IMG/VR virus record: IMGVR_UViG_3300010370_000044
Coordinates: 1-56,665 of that record
DNA: 56,665 nt
Direction: 5' to 3' (one strand)
DNA from: a virus
Taxonomy: Duplodnaviria > Caudoviricetes
The notes under the pieces were generated by a model. That model was not told the DNA's origin, ran no database searches, and was given only the letters and a program-made list of their open reading frames with translations. Below, one piece after another: positions 46,363 through 56,086 of the stretch; position 1 is the stretch's first letter; every line of letters begins with the position of its first letter. Both the position numbers and the translations under genes were made by a program.

Positions 46363-46961
46363 TAACAGATCGCGACTTCTCTAAAATGGAGTTTAATCCA
46401 ACTGTCAAGAAATCCTTGACAACTGCATACCCTAAGTTGAAGGGTGTGGTTGGAGATGCCAATGATAAGATGATTCGATACGTGTTATTGATGTATGACA
46501 TGAATAGCCCTCTTCGCGAGTTCTACCCAGAGCTTGATAAGAGAAAACAGTTTGCTGCATCGATGGCTGGATATGATCTGGACAAGGATGATGTGACTGC
46601 GCTGTTTGATTTTAAGATCAAAGTCGATGACGATGAGGTTGCTTATGACGAGCTCCTTAATATGATCATAAAATATCTGAAGTATCAGAACAACTACGTG
46701 TGGTCAATGATTGTCAGCAACGAGCAGGCCTTCTATGAATTCAATAAGAGGGTTATGATACCTGTCGAGGGTCAGAGAGATAAGGACATCCTTCAGGCGG
46801 TAGACATCAAGAACAAATTAATGGATGCTCAGGATGTGATTGTCCAGCGCCTACAGAAATATCTGAGAGAGTTGACCGGTGAAGATGATCAGCTTGAGCA
46901 GTCAATAACAAAAAGAAAAAGACTTCGTCCAGAGAATATAGATGTACAGTCCAATAGATAA
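46359..46961 (+). CDS. Probable terminase small subunit or packaging accessory protein
   Basis: Helical 200 aa directly upstream of and overlapping TerL. Confidence 0.45.
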   Translation: MITDRDFSKMEFNPTVKKSLTTAYPKLKGVVGDANDKMIRYVLLMYDMNSPLREFYPELDKRKQFAASMAGYDLDKDDVTALFDFKIKVDDDEVAYDELLNMIIKYLKYQNNYVWSMIVSNEQAFYEFNKRVMIPVEGQRDKDILQAVDIKNKLMDAQDVIVQRLQKYLRELTGEDDQLEQSITKRKRLRPENIDVQSNR

Positions 46962-48954
46962 GGGAACGACGGAGAACATTCAGGGTCTCGTTTGCCACAT
47001 ACCTCCTGTAGGTTATGTGTACAACGTGCTTACCGGACAGGTTGAGGAAAGGGGCGTATACTCTAGATCACCAAAGAAATCAGAACAATACTGGGAGACA
47101 ACAAAGCCGCCAAGTGACTACACCAAACTACGAGATAAAGAGATTCAGCGACAGCTGGAAGATAAAGAGTTCTTTGATCCTAAGCTTGAATCGTTCAGGC
47201 TGCAGGAGTGGGACCGAAGGTTGAATGGGTTTTGGTTTAGCAATAACGGAACGCCAACCTACGTGACCGGCCTGCATTACTTCTACCTGAACTACTGGAC
47301 GCTTGATACAGGGCTTCCAAAATACAGGGACACGGATAGGAAGTACTTCTACTTTCTTCAGTACTGTATAAATGATCCGGAGTCATTTGGGATGGTAGAG
47401 ATCACCAAGCGCCGTCAGGGTAAGACCTTCCGTGGTGGTGTATTCTTGTATGAGTATACTTCTCGTACTAAGAACACACGATCTGGCATACAGTCAAAGA
47501 CTGGTAATGATGCGAAGGAGGTGTTTAGAAAGGCGGTGGTACAGCCGTTCAAAAAGCTACCACACTTCTTTCAGCCGGTGTATGATCAAAGTAAAGGTCT
47601 GACTCCAACATCTGAGTTGCGCTTTTACAATACAGTTGTGAAGGGAAAGAAGGCTGGACAGATACTTGAAGAGGATGAGCTTGAAAGTATGATCGATTGG
47701 AAGCCATCGGAGGCGATAAGCTACGACGGACAGAAGATACACAGGATGCTGCACGACGAGGTTGGTAAGACCATGGAGGTGAATGTCTGGAACCGGTATC
47801 TGGTAACTAGGTACTGTAATCTGGATGACGAGGGGCGCATCATTGGCAAACACTTGTTGACAACAACGGTGGAAGATATGGAGCAGGGAGGTGCTGAGTT
47901 TAAAATGATTTGGCAGAGTTCTGATCATAATAACAAGCAAGGTAAGCGTACGGCCAGTGGGTTGTATAGGTACTTCTGCCCTGCTGATGAGACCCGGTAC
48001 TATGATCAGTATGGATATGCTGACAAGGATCGGGCTCTAGATGAGATTCTTGAGGAGCGAAAGCTGCTCTCTGGGGATGCCCGGGCTCTTAGTTCGGTGA
48101 TCCGCAAAGAACCGCTTAGCTGGGAGGAGGCGTTCAGGATCGATGGTAGCAAATGTCTGTACAATCCTGAAAAGTTAAACGAGAGGTTGGACAGGCTGAG
48201 CTGGAAGGAAAACTTAACCACAAGAGGAAACTTCGTCTGGGACGGAGGAGAGAGGGATACAAGAGTTGTATTCGAGCCTGCTAACAATGGCAGGTGGCAG
48301 GTAGTGAAGCTCTTTGATAAAGTTGAGGATAGCAACAAGGTTACCAAACGTGGTGATCTGTACTATCCTAATAACACTCTAAACTTCGTAATGGGTGTCG
48401 ACCCGATCGACCACTCAGCTACGGAGGATGGAAGGAGGTCTAACGGCGCTGGCATTGTACTACAGAAGTACAACGCAGCTCGTGACAATGATACCTACAA
48501 CTACGCATTTGTAGCTAGGTATCTACACAGGCCAGAAAGTGTTCAGGTCTTCTACGAGGACATGATCAAGATGGCGGTGTATTACGGATGTAGTTTGCTG
48601 TTCGAGAACAACAAAATAGGTTTGATGCACTACTTCAATGACAGGGGTTATGGACAATTTTTGATGTGGCTACCGGAGCGAAACCAGCCCGGTGTAGCTG
48701 CTAGTCCAAAGACCCATCAGCAGATAGCCGAGTTGACCGAGGACTACATCAACCAGAACATTGATCGAGTATTCTTCAAGGATCTCGTTCAGGACTGGTT
48801 AGAGTTTGATATATCTAACACCACGCGATTTGACATCGCCATGGCAGCTGGATATGCCCTGATCGCTGATCAGGCCAAGGTATTTAAAAAAGATACGACT
48901 CAGACACGAGAGGTGACTGAGTTTTTTAAACCACATAAAATATGGACAAATTAA
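46942..48954 (+). CDS. terL: Terminase large subunit
   Basis: TGLHYFYLN, KRRQGKT Walker A, LHDEVGK Walker B, GVDPID nuclease motif, FENNK. Confidence 0.92.
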   Translation: MYSPIDKGTTENIQGLVCHIPPVGYVYNVLTGQVEERGVYSRSPKKSEQYWETTKPPSDYTKLRDKEIQRQLEDKEFFDPKLESFRLQEWDRRLNGFWFSNNGTPTYVTGLHYFYLNYWTLDTGLPKYRDTDRKYFYFLQYCINDPESFGMVEITKRRQGKTFRGGVFLYEYTSRTKNTRSGIQSKTGNDAKEVFRKAVVQPFKKLPHFFQPVYDQSKGLTPTSELRFYNTVVKGKKAGQILEEDELESMIDWKPSEAISYDGQKIHRMLHDEVGKTMEVNVWNRYLVTRYCNLDDEGRIIGKHLLTTTVEDMEQGGAEFKMIWQSSDHNNKQGKRTASGLYRYFCPADETRYYDQYGYADKDRALDEILEERKLLSGDARALSSVIRKEPLSWEEAFRIDGSKCLYNPEKLNERLDRLSWKENLTTRGNFVWDGGERDTRVVFEPANNGRWQVVKLFDKVEDSNKVTKRGDLYYPNNTLNFVMGVDPIDHSATEDGRRSNGAGIVLQKYNAARDNDTYNYAFVARYLHRPESVQVFYEDMIKMAVYYGCSLLFENNKIGLMHYFNDRGYGQFLMWLPERNQPGVAASPKTHQQIAELTEDYINQNIDRVFFKDLVQDWLEFDISNTTRFDIAMAAGYALIADQAKVFKKDTTQTREVTEFFKPHKIWTN

Positions 48955-51437
48955 GCAAGGTAGACTTTCCTAGTCACCTTATTGACCCTAAGGAGAAAAA
49001 CAGAGATTGGGTTCTCCAGTATTGTAAGGCCGCATGGTCTTCATTTGAAAACGACAACCCGCGGGAGATATTCTATCACGCCCGTTACCGCTACGAGGTA
49101 ATCAAGTCGTATGCGATGGGTAACCAGTCTATCAACAAGTATCGCCCACTTATGGGTGTTGATGAAGAGGCCAATGAAAGTTGGCTGAACATCGACTGGT
49201 CTGTAATTCCAATCATTCCAAAGTTTCGCCGTATCGCTCTCGGGAAGCTAAACAAAGTTGATTACAATTTCGTAGCTACACCGATTGATTCTCTGGCGAA
49301 TGAGGAGCAAACAAACTACTTCGCAAATACAAAGGCCAAGCTGATGCTTCGTGACGCCGTCATGAAGATGGACCCAAGCCTTGCTGATCTTCCAGCTCTT
49401 CAGATGGAGCCCGGTGAGGCAAAGGATATGGAGGAGCTAGAGATGCAGATGAAGTACACCTACAAGCATCAGATGGCAATCGAGGCTGAGCAGGGTATCA
49501 AACTCGTACTTGAGCAGAACAACGCATTCGCATTGCGCGAGAAGATTCGCGAAGATATGTTCGACTATGGGGTTGCTGGCTATAAAGAGTTTATTGATTC
49601 TAATGGCGCAATCAAAATCCGCACGATCAATCCTCGTAACATTCTAATCAATCACTGTAAGAATAAGGACTTCTCCGATGCTGCATACGTCGGTGAGATT
49701 ATCGAGATGACTATCTCTGATCTGAAGCAGGCAGCTGGTAATCAGTTCTCGGATTTGGAATACGAAGAAATCGCAAAACAACATATTGGCCTACTCGGAA
49801 ATCCAAAAGAGTGGCCGTCATCATTATCTGTTTATAATAAAGGCTATGACAAATTCCGTATACGTATACTCGACCTTGAGTTCTTCTCCGTCAATCAAAT
49901 GGTTTTCGAACAGCGCGTTGACCGGCGTGGAAATAAGATATACGCTCGTGCCAAGTTTGATGACCGTAATAAGAGAAAGGATAAATTTGAGCGTGTAGCG
50001 TACAAGGTTGTATACAAGGGCAAGTGGATTATTGGAACCAATTTCATTTTTGACGCAGGTCTTGCTACAAACATGAAGCGTGCAAAGTCCAGCCTGATGG
50101 ATACAGAACTAAGCTACCACATTATTGCTCCTGAGTTCTTCGATATGAAAGCATACGGCATGATGGAGCAAATCATTCCGATTGCAGACGCCATCCAGAT
50201 TGCATGGTATCGTTTACAGAACGCAATCAATCAGGCCCGTCCTAAGGGTATCATGATTGAGATGGGTGCTCTTGAAGATATCCCTCTTGGTAAGGGCGGA
50301 AAGCAGCTCAGCCCAATGAAGGTGTTGGATCTATACAGTAAGACTGGTACACTTGTTTATCGTAAGGCAGATGCACAGGGGCGAATGACTAACTATAAGC
50401 CGATTGAAGAATTGGAAAATGGTTTGGGTCGTGATGTGATGTCCTACTGGCAGATGATTCAGAACAACATTCAGATGGTGCGTGATATCACTGGTATGAA
50501 TGAAATGACAGATGGTTCAACCCCCGATCCGCGTACACTTACTACTGTTGCAAAGCTTGCATACGAGGGAACTAACAATGCGCTCACGCATATTGTGCAT
50601 GGAGAGAAGCAGCTTCTTGAATCACTGGCGAATGCAATTATTCTACGTCTTCAGGATGTTGCTCAAGGCGGAGAGGTGAAGGGTTATATCCGTGCACTTG
50701 GCGCTAACACAATGCGATTCTTTAAGGTATCACCTGAAATCGGATTGCATGAGTTTGGAATATTCTTGGAGGATAAACCAACAGACGAACAGAAGGCAAT
50801 GCTCATGCAGCAGGTTATGGCTGGACAGGCCAATGGAATGCTTGATATAGAAGACGCCATCATAATCCAGAACACGGACAATCTAAAGGTTGCACAGCAG
50901 CTGCTGGCGTACAAGATTAGAAAGCGTAGAGAGGATGAGGAAGCTAAGGCTATGCAGATGCAGCAGATGAATGCTCAAGTACAGCAGCAAAGCGCACTGG
51001 TTGCAGAGCAGGCTAAGCAGCAAACTCTTCAGGTTGAGGGTCAGGTCAAGGGCCAGCTGATTCAAGTTGAGAAGGAGTATGAGGCCAAGCTTCTTGAGAT
51101 CAAATATCAGTTTGAACTTCAACTCGAGCAGATGCGTCAGGGCGGTAAGATGGAGACCAAGAAGATTGAGAATCGTGGCAAGAAGAGTGTAACCAAGTTG
51201 AAGATGGGACAGGTTGATGACGATAAGATGGACGACTATTCTGCCATGTTAGCTCAGATGCCTTCACTATCAGTTCCTGAAGAAGAGGAGGAGGTTAATC
51301 AAGAAACTCCAGAAATGATGCAGGGACAGATGGCAATGCAGGTTGAACAGCCGGAAGAAGTTGAAGAAGGAGAGGTTGAAGAAAACGAAATGGAGGAGGG
51401 AGAAATGGAGGAAGGAGAAGAGGAGCAGATGTCCTAA
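48942..51437 (+). CDS. Portal protein (crAss-like) with acidic tail
   Basis: WLNIDWSVIPIIPKF, IRDITG-like VRDITGMNE..DGSTPD; follows TerL. Confidence 0.88.
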   Translation: MDKLSKVDFPSHLIDPKEKNRDWVLQYCKAAWSSFENDNPREIFYHARYRYEVIKSYAMGNQSINKYRPLMGVDEEANESWLNIDWSVIPIIPKFRRIALGKLNKVDYNFVATPIDSLANEEQTNYFANTKAKLMLRDAVMKMDPSLADLPALQMEPGEAKDMEELEMQMKYTYKHQMAIEAEQGIKLVLEQNNAFALREKIREDMFDYGVAGYKEFIDSNGAIKIRTINPRNILINHCKNKDFSDAAYVGEIIEMTISDLKQAAGNQFSDLEYEEIAKQHIGLLGNPKEWPSSLSVYNKGYDKFRIRILDLEFFSVNQMVFEQRVDRRGNKIYARAKFDDRNKRKDKFERVAYKVVYKGKWIIGTNFIFDAGLATNMKRAKSSLMDTELSYHIIAPEFFDMKAYGMMEQIIPIADAIQIAWYRLQNAINQARPKGIMIEMGALEDIPLGKGGKQLSPMKVLDLYSKTGTLVYRKADAQGRMTNYKPIEELENGLGRDVMSYWQMIQNNIQMVRDITGMNEMTDGSTPDPRTLTTVAKLAYEGTNNALTHIVHGEKQLLESLANAIILRLQDVAQGGEVKGYIRALGANTMRFFKVSPEIGLHEFGIFLEDKPTDEQKAMLMQQVMAGQANGMLDIEDAIIIQNTDNLKVAQQLLAYKIRKRREDEEAKAMQMQQMNAQVQQQSALVAEQAKQQTLQVEGQVKGQLIQVEKEYEAKLLEIKYQFELQLEQMRQGGKMETKKIENRGKKSVTKLKMGQVDDDKMDDYSAMLAQMPSLSVPEEEEEVNQETPEMMQGQMAMQVEQPEEVEEGEVEENEMEEGEMEEGEEEQMS

Positions 51438-51441
51438 CATT

Positions 51442-51489
51442 TCACCCCCTGAAATCCATTGCTATTCAACATAGTGCATAAAACTTTGC
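51442..51489 (+). promoter_or_regulatory. Promoter, TCA-CCCCC-N35-TTTGC class
   Basis: Conserved spacing; upstream of scaffold and capsid genes. Confidence 0.6.
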
Positions 51490-51508
51490 AAACCCAAATA
51501 ACAACCAA

Positions 51509-52507
51509 ATGGAAAATGAACTGGACTTTAACAGCCTGTCATTACAGGATGTTTCGGTAAATGGCCAGCCTCTGGCCGAACCGGCTGCTGCAGAAAGTGC
51601 ACCGGCCGAAGATACCCAATCGGGTACAGAAACTACCACAACGGTAGAATCTACACCCGAACAGGTACAAACTCCTGATCCGGCCCCCGTTCCTATTACG
51701 GAGCAAAGTGAGCCAGCTCGGGAGTGGAAAGATGACTTCATTAAAGGAGTCGTTGAGTACTACGAGAAAACAGGTGATCTAACACCATACCTGCAAGCCA
51801 AGCTTGTAGACTTTAACGGAATGAGCGACGAGGAGGTTATGAGACGTAACCTTCGAGAGCAGTATCCGGATGTTTCTGATAAGGCGTTTGAACGTCTTTA
51901 TAAGCAACAGGTAGTCGACAAGTTCAAGATCGATGCAGACGAATGGGGAGAAGACGATGCCGAGCTGGGCAGAGAGTTGCTCAAAGCTGAAGCGTCGAAG
52001 GCTCGCCAGAAGTATGTCGATTGGCAGAATAGCTTCAAGGCTCCGGAACCGGTCCAGAGTTTGGAGGCGCAGCAGGAACAAGCGGAGATGGAAGAAGCTC
52101 TCCGTCAGTTTGAGCAGAGCGTAAAAAGTAACCAGCTCACTAGCCAGATCCTGAACGACAAGAGAATTGCCGTCAAGATTGGTGACAGTGAGTTTAATTA
52201 CGAGTTACAGGATGCCCAATCCTTGGTGGATATGACACTTGATAATAACAAGTTCTTCCAACAATTCGCTGCAGGCGAAGGCCAGTTGGACTATAGTAAA
52301 TGGTATAAGACCGTCGCCTATAGTCAAAACCCAGAGCTCTTTGAAAAGGCTCTGATTAACTACGGCAAGACGCTGGGCCGCGAAGAAGTGACGAAGGAGA
52401 TCAAAAACCCCTCGACAAATACTGTAGGGGATGTGCCGACTGAAGGTTCTACCGATTTCGCCACAGGTCTTCTACAGGCGTTTGCCACTCGGGGGGTGAG
52501 CAAATAA
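51509..52507 (+). CDS. Capsid scaffolding protein
   Basis: Acidic disordered N-terminus, helical core; between portal and MCP. Confidence 0.65.
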   Translation: MENELDFNSLSLQDVSVNGQPLAEPAAAESAPAEDTQSGTETTTTVESTPEQVQTPDPAPVPITEQSEPAREWKDDFIKGVVEYYEKTGDLTPYLQAKLVDFNGMSDEEVMRRNLREQYPDVSDKAFERLYKQQVVDKFKIDADEWGEDDAELGRELLKAEASKARQKYVDWQNSFKAPEPVQSLEAQQEQAEMEEALRQFEQSVKSNQLTSQILNDKRIAVKIGDSEFNYELQDAQSLVDMTLDNNKFFQQFAAGEGQLDYSKWYKTVAYSQNPELFEKALINYGKTLGREEVTKEIKNPSTNTVGDVPTEGSTDFATGLLQAFATRGVSK

Positions 52508-52537
52508 TCATTTTAACCCCAATTAAATTTTTTAAAC

Positions 52538-53845
52538 ATGCCCGGTACACTTGGAAACTTAACTAAGAGTTATGTTTCTTCCGTAAACTTTCTTGATCAG
52601 CGTGAAATCCTGAACAAGATTCTTGACATCACCAACGAAGAGTCTTCGTTCTTGGATGTCATGGAGCTGACTGGTCGTTCTAACCCGACCTCTGTTCCTA
52701 CTTATCATCATTTCGTAAACGAGGAGCTCTATGTTCTGGCTACTGTAACTGCAGTAACTGGTTCTGGAACTACTCAAGTTTCTGCCACCATCGACGCCGA
52801 TGCTTATGCCTACGTTAACGTAGGAGAGCTCGTTCTTGTTACCAGTGGTAAGGTTGGTATGGTTACTAGCAAGGCTGGTTCCAACACCATCGTTATCAAA
52901 AGCGTAGACGCCAGCACTCTGAGCGTAACTGCCGCTGACAAGATCAGCTTCTTCTCTAACGCCGCCGGTGAAGGTTCTTTGTCTCCTGACGCTAAGCGTT
53001 GGGGTGCTACGAAGTACTACAACCAAGTGCAGATCTTCAAAGGCAAGTTCTCGATCACTGACATTCAGAAGGCTTCTAAAGTGGAAGTTGAATTCCAAGG
53101 CAAGCCTTTCTACATGTACAAAGGTCAGCACGAAAGCCTGATGAAGTTCCGCGGTGACATCAGCTCTGCTTTGATGTTCGGCCGTATGAGCACAACCCAG
53201 TTCTCTGACGCTTCTCCTGCTCTTATCGATGCAGAAGGTAAGCCTGTTCAGACAACTGCCGGTTTGGATCAGTACGTTACCACCTATGGTATCGATCAGT
53301 CCCTGTTGACTGCTGGTACTGTTACTCTGTCTGACATCAGCACTCTGACTCAGACTTTGAACAAAGCCCGCGCTCCTCAGGAGTACTTCCTGTTCGTAGG
53401 AACTACTATGAACATTGCTCTTGACAACCTGTTCAACAACTTGGGCAACTCTGCTCTGTTGTCTCAGGGTGCTCGCTTCCAGATCGCTGGTAAGCAACTC
53501 GAGCTCGGAATCGACAGCGTAAAGATCTATGGCCGTACCTTCCACAAGAAGTATCTGCCGATCCTCGACCACAAGAACATCGTTAACTTCACTGGCGGTC
53601 CGAACTTCAAGGACAGCGCCTACGGAGCTCCTGCTACTAAGCAGAAGACTAACGATGGTCAGATGATCGATCGTCTAGGTGTTCGCTTCATGAACGGTGA
53701 TGGTACCGATCTGAAGTATCGCGAGATCCTGTTGGGTGGTTTGGCTCCTGTTCCGACAAACGAGCGTTCCGTATTGGAGATCCACTACGAGAGCGTACAA
53801 GGTTTGCAGGTTCTTGGTGCTAACCATTTCTTCAAGCTGAAGTAA
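52538..53845 (+). CDS. Major capsid protein
   Basis: 435 aa, strong codon bias, after scaffold and before a terminator; NQVQIFK, TAGL, FHKK, GANHF pattern. Confidence 0.85.
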   Translation: MPGTLGNLTKSYVSSVNFLDQREILNKILDITNEESSFLDVMELTGRSNPTSVPTYHHFVNEELYVLATVTAVTGSGTTQVSATIDADAYAYVNVGELVLVTSGKVGMVTSKAGSNTIVIKSVDASTLSVTAADKISFFSNAAGEGSLSPDAKRWGATKYYNQVQIFKGKFSITDIQKASKVEVEFQGKPFYMYKGQHESLMKFRGDISSALMFGRMSTTQFSDASPALIDAEGKPVQTTAGLDQYVTTYGIDQSLLTAGTVTLSDISTLTQTLNKARAPQEYFLFVGTTMNIALDNLFNNLGNSALLSQGARFQIAGKQLELGIDSVKIYGRTFHKKYLPILDHKNIVNFTGGPNFKDSAYGAPATKQKTNDGQMIDRLGVRFMNGDGTDLKYREILLGGLAPVPTNERSVLEIHYESVQGLQVLGANHFFKLK

Positions 53846-53864
53846 CTGATATTCAGTTCTTTAT

Positions 53865-53898
53865 AAGGGAGGGGGATAAAACCCCTTCCCTTCTTTTT
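53865..53898 (+). terminator. Intrinsic terminator after MCP
   Basis: AAGGGAGGGG-GATAAAA-CCCCTTCCCTT-CTTTTT. Confidence 0.8.
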
Positions 53899-53917
53899 AA
53901 TAACCAAATAACACACG

Positions 53918-54751
53918 ATGAAAAAAACAGAATTGTACAACCAGCTGCCAGACAAGCTGGTTAAATCCACCCTACTTAAGCCGGGTGAGCAGGTAATGTA
54001 CAGACTGCACAACATGCAGCGAAACCCAATGGAGCCAACAAAGCTCTCAATTCCTGCGGCAAAAAACGTCCCTCCTACTGATACAATTTGGGACGAATCA
54101 TCTCAAACCTATATCGATATCGCTGCTGTGCGGAACGTAAGTCCAACTGGCGATCACACATTCCACGAAATCTTTTTTTACGGCAATCAGGCCGGACACA
54201 TGATCTTGGTTGGTGGTCGTGCTCTGGATCAGGAGATTCACAGCTATCTTTCCTTATGCAACTACAATGCTTCTAACCCTAACCGTGATAATACTAAGGA
54301 GGCTATTTTCGAAAAGGTTGACGAAGAGGCAAAAGCAGAAAAGGAAAGCCGTACACGTAACATCCGTCGTGAGGCTCTGAACGCCGCTGCAGACTTGAGC
54401 CCAGAAGAGGTGAAAGACTATGCCGCATCTCTCGGAAAGGATGACACAAAACCTGTATCTGTATTGAGAAATGAGCTTGAGGAGATGGCGGATAAAACCC
54501 CTGAAGACTTCATGAAGCTTATCAACAACAAACAGGCAGTGATGAAGGCAACCATTAACCGTGCCATTAAGAAGGGCGCTATTGTCTTCAATCAGGAGCA
54601 GTCACGTTTTGAGTGGCCCAATCAGGAGGCCATCCTGACAGTGGCTCGTTCCACTGGATCTGACGCCGTAGAAGAGCTGGTTAGCTTCTGCATCAGCTCG
54701 GCAAAAGGCGAAAAGGTCTATCAGACTATTTCAAGTAAGGCCAAAAAGTGA
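53918..54751 (+). CDS. Conserved post-MCP protein (crAss-like head accessory)
   Basis: 277 aa; FEKVDEE.KA...A.K.PEDF pattern and position. Confidence 0.55.
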   Translation: MKKTELYNQLPDKLVKSTLLKPGEQVMYRLHNMQRNPMEPTKLSIPAAKNVPPTDTIWDESSQTYIDIAAVRNVSPTGDHTFHEIFFYGNQAGHMILVGGRALDQEIHSYLSLCNYNASNPNRDNTKEAIFEKVDEEAKAEKESRTRNIRREALNAAADLSPEEVKDYAASLGKDDTKPVSVLRNELEEMADKTPEDFMKLINNKQAVMKATINRAIKKGAIVFNQEQSRFEWPNQEAILTVARSTGSDAVEELVSFCISSAKGEKVYQTISSKAKK

Positions 54752-54803
54752 TGCCTTAGTCCACAACTGGACTGAGGTTCATCTCGTGTTTGGTTGTTTG
54801 GTA

Positions 54804-54834
54804 AGGCCCCTGCTATTCCTAGCGGGGGCTTTTT
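54804..54834 (+). terminator. Intrinsic terminator
   Basis: GGCCCCTGCTA-TTCC-TAGCGGGGGCT-TTTT. Confidence 0.75.
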
Positions 54835-54886
54835 CATAGGGTGTTTTTCTGGGTAATGATATAGTTGGTACTGAATTTTGCATACA

Positions 54887-56086
54887 ATGCCTACAATTCC
54901 TAACATATCTTTTTCGGTTAAGTTTAACCTTACTGGTACCCCCACTCTTGCGTTAACCGACACCACTACTACACCACCTGCAGGTCTGGTTGGTATTTTT
55001 GAAATCACTCAGCCAGATGGATATGTCCGCGTTGGGAATATTGCATCCCCCGATATCGCTGCCGCCGGGGGTACCTTTAACTATACCCTGACTCTGGACA
55101 GCTCTGGTGGCGTTCAGCGGGGTCAATATACGATCAAGTACACTGCTAATGCGCCGAGCTATTTGTCAACTGACTTTACTCGTACGTTCCAGTTCAACTA
55201 TCAACCTGTTACGCTTAACCTGCGTGAGGAGTTTGACGTGTTTACTCCACAGCTGAGGTACTATGATGACACTGTATATTCTATTGGCGGCTGGAGCAAT
55301 GGTGCTGTAACTAGGGCTTGGTCTGGAACGAGCACTCCGACAGGAACGAAGACCAGCTCGGGGGTATTCTTAGACATGATTCATACTGGAAACTATTATG
55401 ACGCCAACTATACGATCAGTCTATCGTCATCGCTATTATATACAAACACTACTTATGCTTGGTTGACCGTTCAGGAGACAGTTTCTAGGTCTGTGAATAC
55501 GTACGCTGAGACTCCTCCGACAATTGTACAGATTGTTAGTCTGATAGTATCACTTAAGAATACTCTTGAAAGCAAGATCGATACTGTCAACGAGTTTAAC
55601 CAAACTCGTCAGGACTTTGAATACGCTCAGTCTCTTTTTGAGCACATCATACAGCGAATTCAAGTAAACAATCTTTCAACTATATATAGGGATTTAAAGG
55701 ATCTGATTGCAATACTTCACAACTATCAGATACCAACATATGTCCCTCTTAATGTGCCAATACTACCATACAATCTTGGTTCAATTATTACCGGAGCAGT
55801 TTGGGGTAGTATCACAGGGACAATTACATCTCAGACTGACTTAGTAAACTACGTTGCAAGCCAGATCGGGGGCCAGACGTACAAGACTAATGTTGGAGAC
55901 GGAACAAACACATCATACACTGTAACCCACAACCTAAACTCAGAAGATCTATTTGTAGAAATTTGGGACAACGGAACAAAGGATCAGGTATTCACAGACG
56001 TAGTTTACGCTACTGTCAATACAATAACAGTAACATTTGCAACTCCTCCTACTTCTGCACAATATAAAGTAATAGTCAAGAAATGA
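54887..56086 (+). CDS. Structural protein (tail/fibre-associated)
   Basis: T/S-rich beta protein; WGSITGTITSQTDL and VTHNLN...VTF..PP motifs; promoter TCA-N40-TTTGC at 54834-54881. Confidence 0.65.
   Translation: MPTIPNISFSVKFNLTGTPTLALTDTTTTPPAGLVGIFEITQPDGYVRVGNIASPDIAAAGGTFNYTLTLDSSGGVQRGQYTIKYTANAPSYLSTDFTRTFQFNYQPVTLNLREEFDVFTPQLRYYDDTVYSIGGWSNGAVTRAWSGTSTPTGTKTSSGVFLDMIHTGNYYDANYTISLSSSLLYTNTTYAWLTVQETVSRSVNTYAETPPTIVQIVSLIVSLKNTLESKIDTVNEFNQTRQDFEYAQSLFEHIIQRIQVNNLSTIYRDLKDLIAILHNYQIPTYVPLNVPILPYNLGSIITGAVWGSITGTITSQTDLVNYVASQIGGQTYKTNVGDGTNTSYTVTHNLNSEDLFVEIWDNGTKDQVFTDVVYATVNTITVTFATPPTSAQYKVIVKK

Noticed and set aside
51230-51437. GAA/GAG-rich repeat-like tract at the end of the portal gene
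   Set aside because: It is explained by a low-complexity acidic protein tail, not a DNA repeat element.
52559-53572. 337-aa antisense ORF over the major capsid gene (likewise 12391-13329 and ORFs antisense to int and the primase)
   Set aside because: Shadow ORFs expected from strong codon bias on the coding strand; no motifs and no initiation context.
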